Origin: Chrysomallon squamiferum
Taxonomy: Eukaryota > Animalia > Mollusca
Assembly: GCA_012295275.1 (NCBI GenBank)
Contig: CM022672.1
Location: 32,798,001 to 32,862,000, forward strand
DNA: 64,000 nt
Reading direction: 5' to 3'
The notes under the pieces were generated by a model. The model was not told the DNA's origin. It ran no database searches and saw only the letters and a list, made by a program, of their open reading frames with translations. Shown piece by piece: positions 25,064 to 37,121 of the stretch. Each line of letters starts with the position of its first letter. Positions within the stretch are counted from its first letter, which is position 1. A program made the translations under genes and the position numbers.

Positions 25064-27132
25064 CAGGGGCGGGCAAACTTTGGCCCGCGAAGGTTTATTG
25101 GCTTGCCCGCCAAAGTGTTCACAATTAACATTGCCATCCGGCCTGAGAGACAGCAAAATAAAAGTCAATGAAATAAATCAGTTGACATAGCTTTTTTTTT
25201 TTTTTTTTTATTCAAGTCGCTCTGAGGTTTAAAATTTAAGGCGTCTTGAAGGTGCTCGTCGAATCAATAGTGCCCGTAACCGAATTTTAAATGACCGCTT
25301 GCTTCAAAATATGCAAACTATAACGATGTGTCAGTTACACACGCGGGCGAATTGAACCACGCTAACTTCTTGCTGTCACAAACAGAACTGGTTTTTGCAT
25401 TTTTGCTTTTTACTATCTATCATTTTCCCCCAGCCAATCATGTCCGCAACCTCGCATTTAAAACTGAGAAAAGTGGATATGGAAAGTCGAATATTCAACT
25501 CTAAGTGGACGGAGAAAAAGGATACCATCGCAAAACTGTCAGACAATTTCAAAAAGGGCACTTTGATGTTTCGTAAACAGATAACTCAGCATGAAAAAGT
25601 GGCACGGGGCAGTTACGAAGTTTCACTATTACTTGCTCAAAGGATGAAGACTTTGTCGAGGAATGTCTCATGACTGTGGTGAATTCTGTCTGCCCAGAAC
25701 AACGTTCAGTCATGGAAAATATGAGTCTGTCGTCTCGTACTATTCGTCGCCACGTTGACAGTGTGCAAGACTCATTAAAGAGTAAGTCCTCGACCTTTGT
25801 CGCTGTCTCTCTTGTTCTTGACGAGAGCCCTGATATGTAAGACACAGCCGAACTGGCTATTTTCATACGTGGTGTCACTTCTGCCCTCGAGGTGCATGAA
25901 GAGTTATTTGAATTGATCCACTACATGGCACCACCATTGGAAAAGACATGTTCAGTGCCTTATTTCAGTGTGTGGAGCATCACTCCCTTGATCTCTCCGG
26001 TCTTGTAAGTGTAAAAACTCATGGGGCACCGGCAGTAATTGGAGAGAATAAAGGTTCGGCTTCTTTGTTCGTTCGACAAAGTGAGGCTTTTGGACACAAT
26101 CAGACCATCCATGAACTGCAGTGCATCATCCACCAAGAATCTGTGTGTGCCAAGTCTGCAAATGTTGTTGATGTCAAGTCAGCTGTAGTGAAGGTTGTCA
26201 GTTCCGTACTTTCTCACAGTCTGAAATATCGCCAGTTCCTGGTTCACAGTGATGGACGAAGTCAATGCGCACAACGGTGACCTGACCTACTTTTCTGAAG
26301 TGCTGAGTCGTGCAGCCATGCTGTCTCGTGTAGACTCAAAATTGCTAGCGTGCTTGGCTTTTCTAATGGATATCACCACATACCTCAAAATGCTCAATGT
26401 CAGTTTGCAAGGTAAGGACATTCTTGTTCCAGAGATGTATGTACTCACAGCATTTGAAGTTAAACTACGCTTGTGGGAATCCCAGTTGTCTAATGGTCAA
26501 TTACAGCATTTTCCTCATCTTGCTGCTTTTTCATTTCCAGATATTGACTTGTGCTGCAGTCATCAGTTCACTGCGGAAAGAATTTGTCTCCCGTTTTGGA
26601 GGTATCCGACCACTATCTGCAGATTTCAAATTGTTCAGGACCCCTTTTGAAATCCCAGTGGAAGATTCTACAGCTTCCTTGCAGATGGAGTTGGTAGATA
26701 TGATGCGATGATGAATTAAAAGATAAGTTGCGCACTTCTTTTCCTCTTTCCTTCTTTCATGATGTCTCCTTCCATCTGGCAAATTTCCACAATTTATTAA
26801 ACATGTTCAGCACATTGTAGCTATCTTCAGAAGTACATTTTGTTGTGAACAACTGATCTCGAAAATGCAATATACAAAGTATCACCTCCGCTCGCAACTC
26901 TCTGACTGCCATCTAAATGACATTCTTCTCTTGTCCACCTCATCAATTGAGCTTCGTGGTATGCAACAACACCCATCTCATTAACTCTTCTAACATTCGT
27001 TAAAATTGAATTTACTGTTTACATAAAATACACGTTTTGAAATCTTTTTTTGTTCTCATTTCATATTCTGGCCCTCGTGCTCTTCCTGTAAGATCCATGC
27101 AGCCCCTGTTTTAAAATGTTTGCCTGCCCCTG
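25064..27132 (+). mobile_element. hAT transposon, Buster/SPIN/GTF2IRD2-like, decayed transposase, both ends present (copy 1)
   Basis: TIRs caggggcgggcaaac / gtttgcctgcccctg; 8-bp TSD ttctagac/atctagac. Motifs KLRKVD..SRIFNSKW, LDESPDM*DTAELAIFIRGV, HGTTIGKD, THGAPAVIG, CIIHQESVCAK, FRSTFCCEQLISKM. Confidence 0.95.
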
Positions 27133-27907
27133 ATCTAGACGATTTGAAGCAGCTATTTTCTGATAACATATGGCGTTTCATCGAGACTGTCAGACAAGTT
27201 AGACTCGGTCAAGAACGAGTGCCACATCAACCAGAAATGCCTAAGTATGTGGAATGACTTCGACAAATTGAACGAAAACTGTGCCAGTTCAGACATGGTT
27301 CCAATAACTGACGTATTCAACCCAATGTTTGAACAGCGTTATGCTGCTGGAGTTTTCCTTCGCGTACAAATTTCGATTAATAAATTGAATTGCATACTAA
27401 ACGGAAATTAATTTCACAATATGGACGACGGCAATATAACTGATGCAAAAAATTATTTTCGAGATATAGGTACATTGTCTACATATAAATTGACAAGAAA
27501 AAATAAGATTAAAAATAACTAAATCTCAATTATTTTTATTTTCGTAGATGATAGAATTTAAGTCGGTGGATCCGAAAAGTAATCAATGAAAAAACTAATA
27601 GAAATGTGTTAATGTGATATAAATATACAAGATCTGCACATTTCATTCACTGCTACATGTGATATTTATGTGATTACTAAAGCTGTATTATAACACGTGG
27701 GAAAATAAAATATGGGACGTTTAATAGTTAAGTCAAGTTTTACAAGATAGTTTACATGTTACATTGAAACGGCAACAGTGAATTAAAAAACACACGTGAA
27801 TCACAAATTTCTATATGTTATCTTTATTACTAAGTAATGAAATACAGGTAAAATTAAACATTTTATAATTTTCAAGGCAGATATTACATTGATCACTTTA
27901 ATTAACA

Positions 27908-28528
27908 GTGCTATTTGGCGTGTGATCTACACCCTGCAAATTTTACTTCGATGTGTCATCTACGCGCTTATTTTAATTATTATTTTGTATTTTTTTTTTT
28001 TTTTTTATTATTATTTTTCAAGGCATAAATTAAACGGCATATATTTTTCTTTTTTTGTATATTTATAATTTATAGGAACAAGGGCTAAAAAGAATACTTA
28101 TTATTTGAATAATTTTATCGATGAATTAAACGAACATCTGCTAGAAACGCAAGAAAAACATCTTCAGCATTCTTCCTCATCTGCAGCCAACAGAAATAAT
28201 CAGGGTGTGGTTGGAAGGTTCTTTGGTTCACTCCTCTCATCTTTTTCAAAATACAATTTTCAAATCCGACCAGGTTCTTTGAATTATTTGAGTATTAGAA
28301 ATTTAGACGATTTAAATTGGAGTATTCTGGCTATTCGTCGGAATGAATAAAAAATCGAATATGTACTCATAAATGAAGCTTCCCTGGATATGATGTTCTT
28401 ATAGATGTATCATGCATTAATCTTTAAGGATTTTAAGATCTTCCATTTATATTATAGAAATTTTCTATATATATATTTCTTTGCTGTAGATCGCCCTTTA
28501 AGTTGTAGATCACATGCCAAAGTAGCAC
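27908..28528 (-). mobile_element. Non-autonomous TIR element with Merlin/ISXO2-like coding remnant
   Basis: ~24-bp TIRs: gtgctatttggcgtgtgatctaca ... tgtagatcacatgccaaagtagcac. Minus-strand remnants EHHIQGSFI and NTQIIQRTWSDLK resemble ISXO2 motifs (I.PGS.I; HTQTIERxWxDLK). Confidence 0.75.
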
Positions 28529-31199
28529 ACACACCTACACACATATTGCAATTTTAATTTCTACAGATTTCCTAAACACGTGAAGAAAATGACTGCATTG
28601 TAAAATGTTTATGCATGACTGGATTGTAATTTTTCTCAAAGCATTGTTTATAAAGTTGCAATTAATGCTATTGTTTCAATAACTTTGAAAGAAATGACTT
28701 ATCATTTTTTAATGAACCATTTTTCATCTCATTTATTTAAAAGAGATTTTTAAATTCAGATTTCTTCATATCTTATAAACAAATATTTCTGATCAACAGG
28801 AAATAATTTTGTTTCAAATCCAACCAGTCTGTATAGAATATCCTGCCTTCTCTTTAAAATATAGTTTCATAAATAATTATGGTAACTGTGTACTCTTTCA
28901 TTTAACAGTTAAAACTATTAAAACAAAATTGTATAGAAGCATTAAAAATAAATAAATATTCTTCAGAATATTTTCGTATATAAATATTGTATAGAAATAA
29001 TAAACTCAAATAGTAATATATTATAAGAAAATCAGTAAAAAGAAATATAATGAATAAACGAATAAATAAATAAATAAAAAATAAGGAAAATAAAGAAAAT
29101 AAATAAAGAAAATTAAATATTTAAAAACAAACAAACAAAAAAAGTGTATTAAACCATTTCATAAATGTTTTTGTTGTTTAGTCAAGCTAGAAGAAATAAG
29201 AAAAAAAACAAAAAAACAACAACAAAGGACATACACAGAAAACAACAAAAATGAAACCACACCAAGCAAATAACACCTTTAAAAGAAGCAAAACTCTGTG
29301 ATTATATATATTTGTGTTGTTGCTGACACAGAGGAAACCCATTTCACTTCTCCACTAACAACACAAGATCATTTATAATACATCTTTCATTTAACAGTAA
29401 AGCACATACTGGTACTATTGCCCATCATAACTCATTCTGATTTGAAATGGTAAATAAAGGGTCTGTTCTACATTAGACAAAATCAAGTGCATAGCAAAAC
29501 AGTAATCCTAAAAAGTTTAGTTTTCATGTTTTAGCTTTTCACTCATTAATAGCAATTACAAGAATAATGAAAAAGTCTTGTTTTATTACTTTGTTTCAAA
29601 ACTTAAACAAATGATAAAAGTTGTGATAAGAGTTTTTCTGTTTATGTCAAGGTTTATATAAAACATCTGTTACAGTCATTAAAGGTAAATATGGAGTGGC
29701 TGAAACGGGTTTCCTTTTTCATTTCATCATTACGCATAAACAACATTTAAAACGAGAGAGATGTTAAATACAACATTCTGCTTAAATATAAATGATGATA
29801 CTAATCAATATTATTTTTTCAATGTCTTTAATATTGTTATCACCCCATGTATGCAAATAACAAGCATAAAATTACAGCCTGTTTGCTGATACATTTAGAG
29901 AAAATTTAAAATATAAACAGGTCTGTGCAATTAGCTAATTATTAGTAACAAAGGCATAATTTTACAATTTAACAAACGTATTAAAGTACCCATTGATTAG
30001 ATTCATTGTTTTTCTGGAAGTTTATAATTAGATGAATTTCAAATAATCTGAAATTAAGAGCATCTTGCATTATACTTTATACATTTTTGTCTACTAAATC
30101 ATCAATAGAGGTTGTAACCATTTCCTAAAGCAATTCAAAGCACTTTGCATTTTATCTGAAATTCTTTAAGGTCGATGAAGGATATACCTGAAATAGTGAC
30201 AACAAATGACCAACCACCTTGATTTTAATTATTATGTATTTTGAATAACATGAAACATTTGTAAGTAGGTTACAAGTATCCAAATTATTCTCTGCTTTGT
30301 TTCATAATTCTGTTCGAAAAGCATTGCATTACATGTTAAACTGAGTAAGCTAGGATGAGAATGACCAGAAATTGTCAATTTTGGAATTGTTTAAATTTAC
30401 ACCAATGGTAAGTTTTTTCTGAATACAATAACCTCAAACGTTTTGAAGGAGACAAGAAAATATGCTTTTTATGGACACTTGTTTGATTATGAAAGATTTT
30501 TTTTTTCTTTTTTCATAGTTTTTGATGTTTATTAAAATGAAAAATGACTATACAAATATGAGTACTAAGATTAAGATTACAACAGCCTGCTGGTATTAAA
30601 ATTATTTAATATTAAACAGGATGCATCCTTGGTTATTAACATTTTAATTCTTCAGAATTGAATTAATTTAAAATAAACTTATTATTTGTAATGTTGAAGA
30701 AATACTAAGTATATATATGATAAAATTTAAATTTGAAGTATTTAAATCTAAATGCTGTCATCTAAAAATTGATATTTAATACACCGTAAATGTTTACATC
30801 AAGTTAGAAATTGCAGGAAAGTTGTAATCACTCATTTTACTTGGAATCGTCAGTGAGTGTTTGAGTGATTCTAAACAGACAAAGTTTATCAAACACACAG
30901 AACTGTCTGATGACAGTCACACTTCTCAATACTGAATCATAGACACCATTTTTTCAGTGAATTGAACAACAATAACGAGAAAGATAACTGAATCAGATAC
31001 ACAACTTTGCTTCACTGCTAAGTTTGATGAAGAGTTTGACATTGTGTTTGCTGAATTCACATCATCTCTTGTAAAGTTTTGACCCGTGAGTTTTCACATA
31101 AAGAATGTATGTTTATTCATTTAGTGTTTATAATTAATTGATTGTTCAGATCACATGTGAACTTAACTGAAAACAGAACTTAAATTACTGTGGTGATAA

Positions 31200-32000
31200 G
31201 ACAGAAAAACGTGACCACTCATTTTAGTTGAAGATATTTGTAAAGTGTGTGTTTCATTTAGTAAGTGTAAGAGAAAAAGAAAATGCAGTTTTGAAAAAGC
31301 AGGAAGAAAACCTGCGGAGTGTAATTGTAGAACACTTGTATCAACAGCTGTGTGCTGAGTGAAAAGTCACAACATCACAAAACTTACAAAGTCCTGTTTG
31401 AAACAAAGTGAGTTTCACTTTTCTTCATTTTACACAAAACGTGCATTACTCAAGTGACCCAGTACAGTCTGAATACATTCACTTTAAAACAACAAAGACT
31501 TGTTATATGTTTGGAGTGAACGCAGCTCAGGTAAACCAACTATTTGATGAAACATGTTTGTGTGGTGAATTATACAATCAGTCATTCGTTTAGTTTAGTA
31601 AATCATTGTCTTATTATGTACAGAACTGGTCAGACAGACTTTCAATTACATGCTGACAAGTATTTTGGATAAAATAAAAATAATGTAGTGATGCACATTT
31701 TTTGGTTACTAGACATTGCTCAGTTAGCATCATAGAACATGAGTCCACTTCCTTGTGGCAGGTGACAACAAATTTGAACATGACTTGTACTTTAGCCTGT
31801 TCCAGAAGACATGTCTCTACACTTAGTGAAATATGTGATGTGTTGAAATGTCAAAGTGATAAACCTGCCTGGTGACAGTTTAGAACTGAACAAATAATTT
31901 GTACCTGCAGAACTGTTTATAGTGAGTCTGATGTGATTGTGACATTGAAAATTGTCAGTAATTGCGTTTGGTTACATTTTAAATGTGCTGGCATCAAATC
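31200..32000 (+). mobile_element. Sola-like DDE transposase remnant followed by a PHD-finger remnant
   Basis: FTQNVHYSSDPVQSEYIHFKTTKTCYMFGV..QVNQLFDE, LHADKYFG*NKNNVV and FLVAGDNKFEHDLYFSL match the recalled pattern FAQQVHYPSDP.QPGPIYF, LHADNCxGQNKN, FLVAGHTKFxPD. Then CTCRTVY...WLHFKCAGI at ~31900-31995. Confidence 0.75.
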
Positions 32001-32482
32001 AGTAATGTTTTTCTTAGTGATTAAAGTGATTTTTATTGGCTTTGTCAATGAAAATTAATGCAACATGAAATAAAAAAGGAATAAAAGAGAAAAAATAAAG
32101 TAAAACAATGTATGTGGTGAAAGTGAACAAAAAATAAGGAATATCTAAGCTAGTCAAGAAATCTCGATGCTGAGGATGTCAGCTATACAAAACAACAAAT
32201 TTGATGTTCATCTGCACCAACAGTCAGCAAAAACTCATCAACAGCCAGCACCCAGCAGTCGCAGTATGGACAGTATGAACAGACAGACCTGTGGATCTCA
32301 CGATCAGTATTCTGGTTTCATTTCATGGTGTATAATCAAGATGTCAGTATCAAATTATATAATTTAGTTAGAAAGTTAGACATACTAAATGCTAAATTAG
32401 AAATATTGGATACATCTGAGAAACAAATGAATAATAAGGAATGAATCGTCGAAGACATAAGTGGTAAAATTATGGATACTAA

Positions 32483-32913
32483 CACTTTCGGTGCTGGGTG
32501 TTTTGGGGATTTTCACCCATTTTCTGAAATTACACGGGGTTTTAGTATATTTCAGAGGTTAAATAAAACTAGAACGAATAAGGATTCCTACCTAAAACTT
32601 TATGTTTTGTTTATTTATATCATATTCTTGATCACAGTACAGTTTGTTTGAACCTGATCGCTTTCTTCATCACTTTCGTGATCTAAGTCACTAAAATCCG
32701 AATCCGAATCTGCGACCAACACTGCAGCTTCATCTGCAGAAATGTGCGTTCGAAATTGAAATAGGTTTCTGCTCGTATTCGCCATGATTTTCTGAATCAC
32801 TGGAAAGCCGTAGTACATCAATAATTGCCTACGTCATCACTGGAAGTCACATCACTAATGCGCGGCAATTTTAAAAGAATGACGGTCATCTCAGTCATTC
32901 AGCATCGAAGGTG
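32483..32913 (-). mobile_element. Internally deleted piggyBac-like element
   Basis: TIRs cactttcggtgctg / cagcatcgaaggtg (12 of 14 match), flanked by ctaa and ttaa. Internal minus-strand ORF MANTSRN...ADEAAVLVADSDSDFSDLDHESDEESD resembles the acidic N-terminus of piggyBac transposases. Confidence 0.75.
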
Positions 32914-34669
32914 TTAAGAAAAAAGTACAAAGTATGGAAATGTGTATGAAAAAAAGATCCGGGAGATTTGAAATCTGTGTATGGTTCGACACCAAATGAT
33001 CTATGGACATGATGATAATGGCAGTATAGCAGCGTGTTCTACTAGGGACAAGAATTTAACATTTGCAAAACAGTAACAATGTCAGATACTCCAGGACGAA
33101 GAGATGAGGAATTTGATTAAGCTTGGTTAAAAAATTCATATACTGTCATATGTAATTCTTTTTATGTAAAAAAGTATAAAAGATGTGATGTAGGAAATAA
33201 TTTCAAACAACATTTGTAAGTGTATGTATTCATATTATTGAGGTTCGGGAAGAGATTGATTTTAGACTGAATTTTAAATAGAAGTCTGAATCTCAATATT
33301 ACATTTACACTTAAGTCTACTACTGCAAGGACATTAAAGCACAAAACAAAACAAAACAAAAATCAACAAATGTTAGTAATTTGGAGTATTTAGTCTTACC
33401 TGTAAAAATGGCATTTGCATTTATTTTACTCTTCCTTCATAAATAATAATAATAAATTAAATAAATAGATAAAGGCGAAAGAGGAAATTTCTGAATGAAT
33501 AACTTGAAGAACTAAAGGAAATATATTTAAATGTTTTTAAAAGTGCACATATATATATTTATAAAATTATTTTTAAGAATTACGTATCGTACCTGATTCA
33601 AATATTGTCCTAAAATTTGTATGGGATGCCGTGAGTATGATATTATGTTTTGTCTTTCTCTACAGTTTTGCTTGAATAAGAGGATCAATTTTCTGCACTT
33701 TTCTTTCTTGAAAAGAATCAATTTTATTGATTTAATTCAAGCAAAGATTCAAATTTTTGAATTCTAAAAATGTCAGGGGTGCCCAGAATCTCAGCATTTG
33801 TGTTTGGTTAATATTTATATAAACAACATATATTTCTTCTTGTCTTTGTAATTGCTTGTTTGTGTATTTTGGATGGTTGTACGTTATTGACTAATATGCT
33901 CTGTTGCTTACTATATTTAGTCTCTGCTACAGTCAAAAAATTAAGAAATTTATAAATAATTTAAAAATCTCTTCACATGTCTACAGGATTCAGATTTCTT
34001 TTTCTGTTTTTGCTAAAACAAGAATTAAGAAAAAATAATTGCTTATCGCAGCACACGCCTATGAGTCTGATATCATTATATTATAAAGCTCTTTGAAACA
34101 CGTTTGAAATGTTTCGTCAGTTCAACCAGTTTCCCTGTCTGCAATCTGTTTCTTTGTGTATTAAATATTTCTTTTACAGTCATTTGTTTCTGTACTCATT
34201 CTATTTGATTAATTTTAATGTTTTACTTTTTATTATATTAACACATAGGAAAACAGCATATGAGACAGAATTAAACGAATTGATGTATACATCTATATCA
34301 TGAATAACAGTGTTTTTTAATAATGATGGCAAATACTGTAACAATTTAAACTGATATTGTTAGTTCACTTAAGACTGCTGTGTCTAGTATTGGCTGGAAT
34401 TAGCCTTCTAACATTGCAAAATAAATAAATAAATAAATAAGAAGTTCAGAGTGAACAGCAAGCCCTGCTGTTATATGTACAAGTTGAAGTCTCTTTTATC
34501 AAAACGATTAAAATTAAAAGCTATAAAAATAGAAATAAAATGTTTAGGTGAGAAGTAACTGCTGTAATTGGCTTTAAAATTGAAAACTATGCTAATATAA
34601 ATTATACAGATCAGTTATTCTCCTTCTTGTGAGTTTATTCTTGTTGTTATTATTATTATTATTTGTGGA

Positions 34670-36284
34670 ATGCTATGATATGGTCACTCTCCGACTGACG
34701 GGACGGTTTCTGGTTGCCTTGTACAACACTAGTGCCACACCCAGATACCCATTGGTAGGGAAACATTGCTATATGTAGTTTTCGTGCACACGTTAAGGGT
34801 CATGTAGAATTCATCTACATGTTTCATAATAAAATCCAAAGGATAAATTCAACAGAAGCTGATATCATTCCTCGCTTAATAAATAAACAAACAAATAAAT
34901 ACACAAGTTAGAAATAATAATAACAAGAACAACAACAACAATAACATTTTATTGTCGTTTTCGTTTTCATAAAGCAGAAATAGCAGTGAACTAAATATTT
35001 GTTTTTGCAGTATCGTTTGTATTTTACATCAACCTTTGGTAAAGTTTCGCACTTTGGAATTGGAAAGATTGTTTCTTCCAGTGAACATTATAAATAAAAA
35101 TAAAAGGTTGTCAGAAAGAATATAATATAGTACCTATAGTAACATAAACTATCGTTCCTCTGTTTACACGTATTTGAAATAACTTTTAGGACAATTATTT
35201 ATTTCCACTAACCAAATGTCTAAACAAAACTGTCATGTTTTATTAAAATTGTTTACTTAACGACGTTATCGGTTGTCCAGGAAGTGGCCATATAAATGGT
35301 ACAGGAAATGACGTTTTCTACACCTGTCTAGAAATTCATCCTTTTTTAGTATTACGGTTGCCTCGAAACTGAGAAAACAAGTGAATTATTTCATTGATGA
35401 AAATTATATCTGAGCCAGAATCTTTTCACAAATTTCATTTTATGAAATACTTTAAACCACTTATGGTTGCTCACAGATAATTTCTAATATTCTTTATGAA
35501 AACAACATTAAGCTGGAACCTGCTCTGTATCTGAAAATATCACTGCCACACATCTTTTCATTTCTTCACCACTAATTACAAATCTGCAACGTAGAACGAC
35601 ACAGAGCAGAGTCATTAGTCATTATAGTGGAAGTTTTTCGTTCCCTTCCTGATAACAGTATCATCCACTGTTAACTAAATAATCAAGAAATCAACATTGA
35701 CGTGTAATCAAAAAAAAAAGAAAAGAAAAAAACAATTGGGAAAGAAAAACCCATCTTTTATAATGATAATTGCTCTATATCAGTATATATATTAACTGTA
35801 AAGTAACCTTTATATTTTTCTCCATATTCTTGTAACAGAATCATGTCGTTCCTGAAGATACAATAAAAACAAAACAAAACAAAAATTATAAAATAATTAT
35901 TTAGAAGTATTTTTCAACTGTGTTGAAGATGCTCTACGAATAAAAGAATGCTGGCACGACCTACAGTTTATCAGACTGGTAACTGTCGAGGCTGATACCT
36001 ACTCAGAAGATATTACAGATACATTTGAGCCGGAAGTCGTCTGCTGGTCTACACCAGGGGAGAGAACTCCCAACAACCAGATACGAATGTCCTGCATAAT
36101 TCAACAAGACTAGAATCCCAGACCGTCTGTAGATGGCCTTTGAAAGAAAAGTTATACACAACAGAAGAATGAGTTTCACTTTCAGTTCATCTAGTGTCTG
36201 AAAAAAAAAAAATAATAATAATAATAATAATAAAAAAATAAATAAAAAATAAAAACACAATAAATAAATAAATAAATAATAATG

Positions 36285-36323
<39 letters not shown>

Positions 36324-37074
36324 GAAAAGAAAAACCGCACAAAAAATGTCAGTCTTATATAAATGTGTAACAACAAAACAAATCTACTTCGAAAACATAA
36401 AATTCAGAAAAATTATAAAATTCCGTAACTCTATTACAATATTTTAATCATTTATAAATCATTAATAATTACCTATGTCGACTGAACTCCCAAAGTCGCA
36501 GAAAATATTCACTCATATAAAACTAAACTAAACTAAAATAAAATGGTCAAATAATGAAATCTGTTGTGCGATTGACGTAGAAAGAAGGTTCTAGATTACT
36601 GCCCGAGTAATTGACGTCACCAGATTTTTATTTTTTTATTTTATTATAAATATGATGTCATCACTTTTGAAAGAAGGTTTCTAGTAACAACTGATATATA
36701 TGATATAGAAAGATACAAGAAACTTTGCTATAAAGAAAACATCCTTTAAATCAGAATTATGCTTTCTTTTTTCCTTTTTTTTATTAAAACTAAAACGGAA
36801 AGAAAGAAACCAGCCAATGAACAAAAATAAATAAGTTACTTCTATAAATAACATTTTTGAAAATAAAAAACAAAAACAACTTTCTGAATAAGAATATCTA
36901 CATAAACATGTTCAAAATCTATGATGTGGGTGTTTCAAAATCATCTTCAGTATGAAGACTAAATATAAACTGTATTTCCACTGCATCGTAACTGCATGTT
37001 AGCAAGAAAATAAAGAGAATATACATACCGCTAACATTGTCAAAGTAGTTAATAAAAGAGGAGAGAGTTGATCC

Positions 37075-37121
<47 letters not shown>

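Larger units (their letters stand above)
11902..29515 (+). repeat. Left arm of large inverted duplication (homologous blocks ~11902-14150, 20411-27282, 29398-29515)
   Basis: These blocks read as reverse complements of ~56613-54762, 54772-47934 and 47935-47818. Paired identical or near-identical ORFs occur on opposite strands (e.g. 25395+ / 49518-, 21178- / 53800+, 23452- / 51387+). Confidence 0.95.

Noticed and set aside
28105-28350. 81-aa + strand ORF as a gene
   Set aside because: It lies antisense to the transposase remnant inside a TIR element and starts at TTG.
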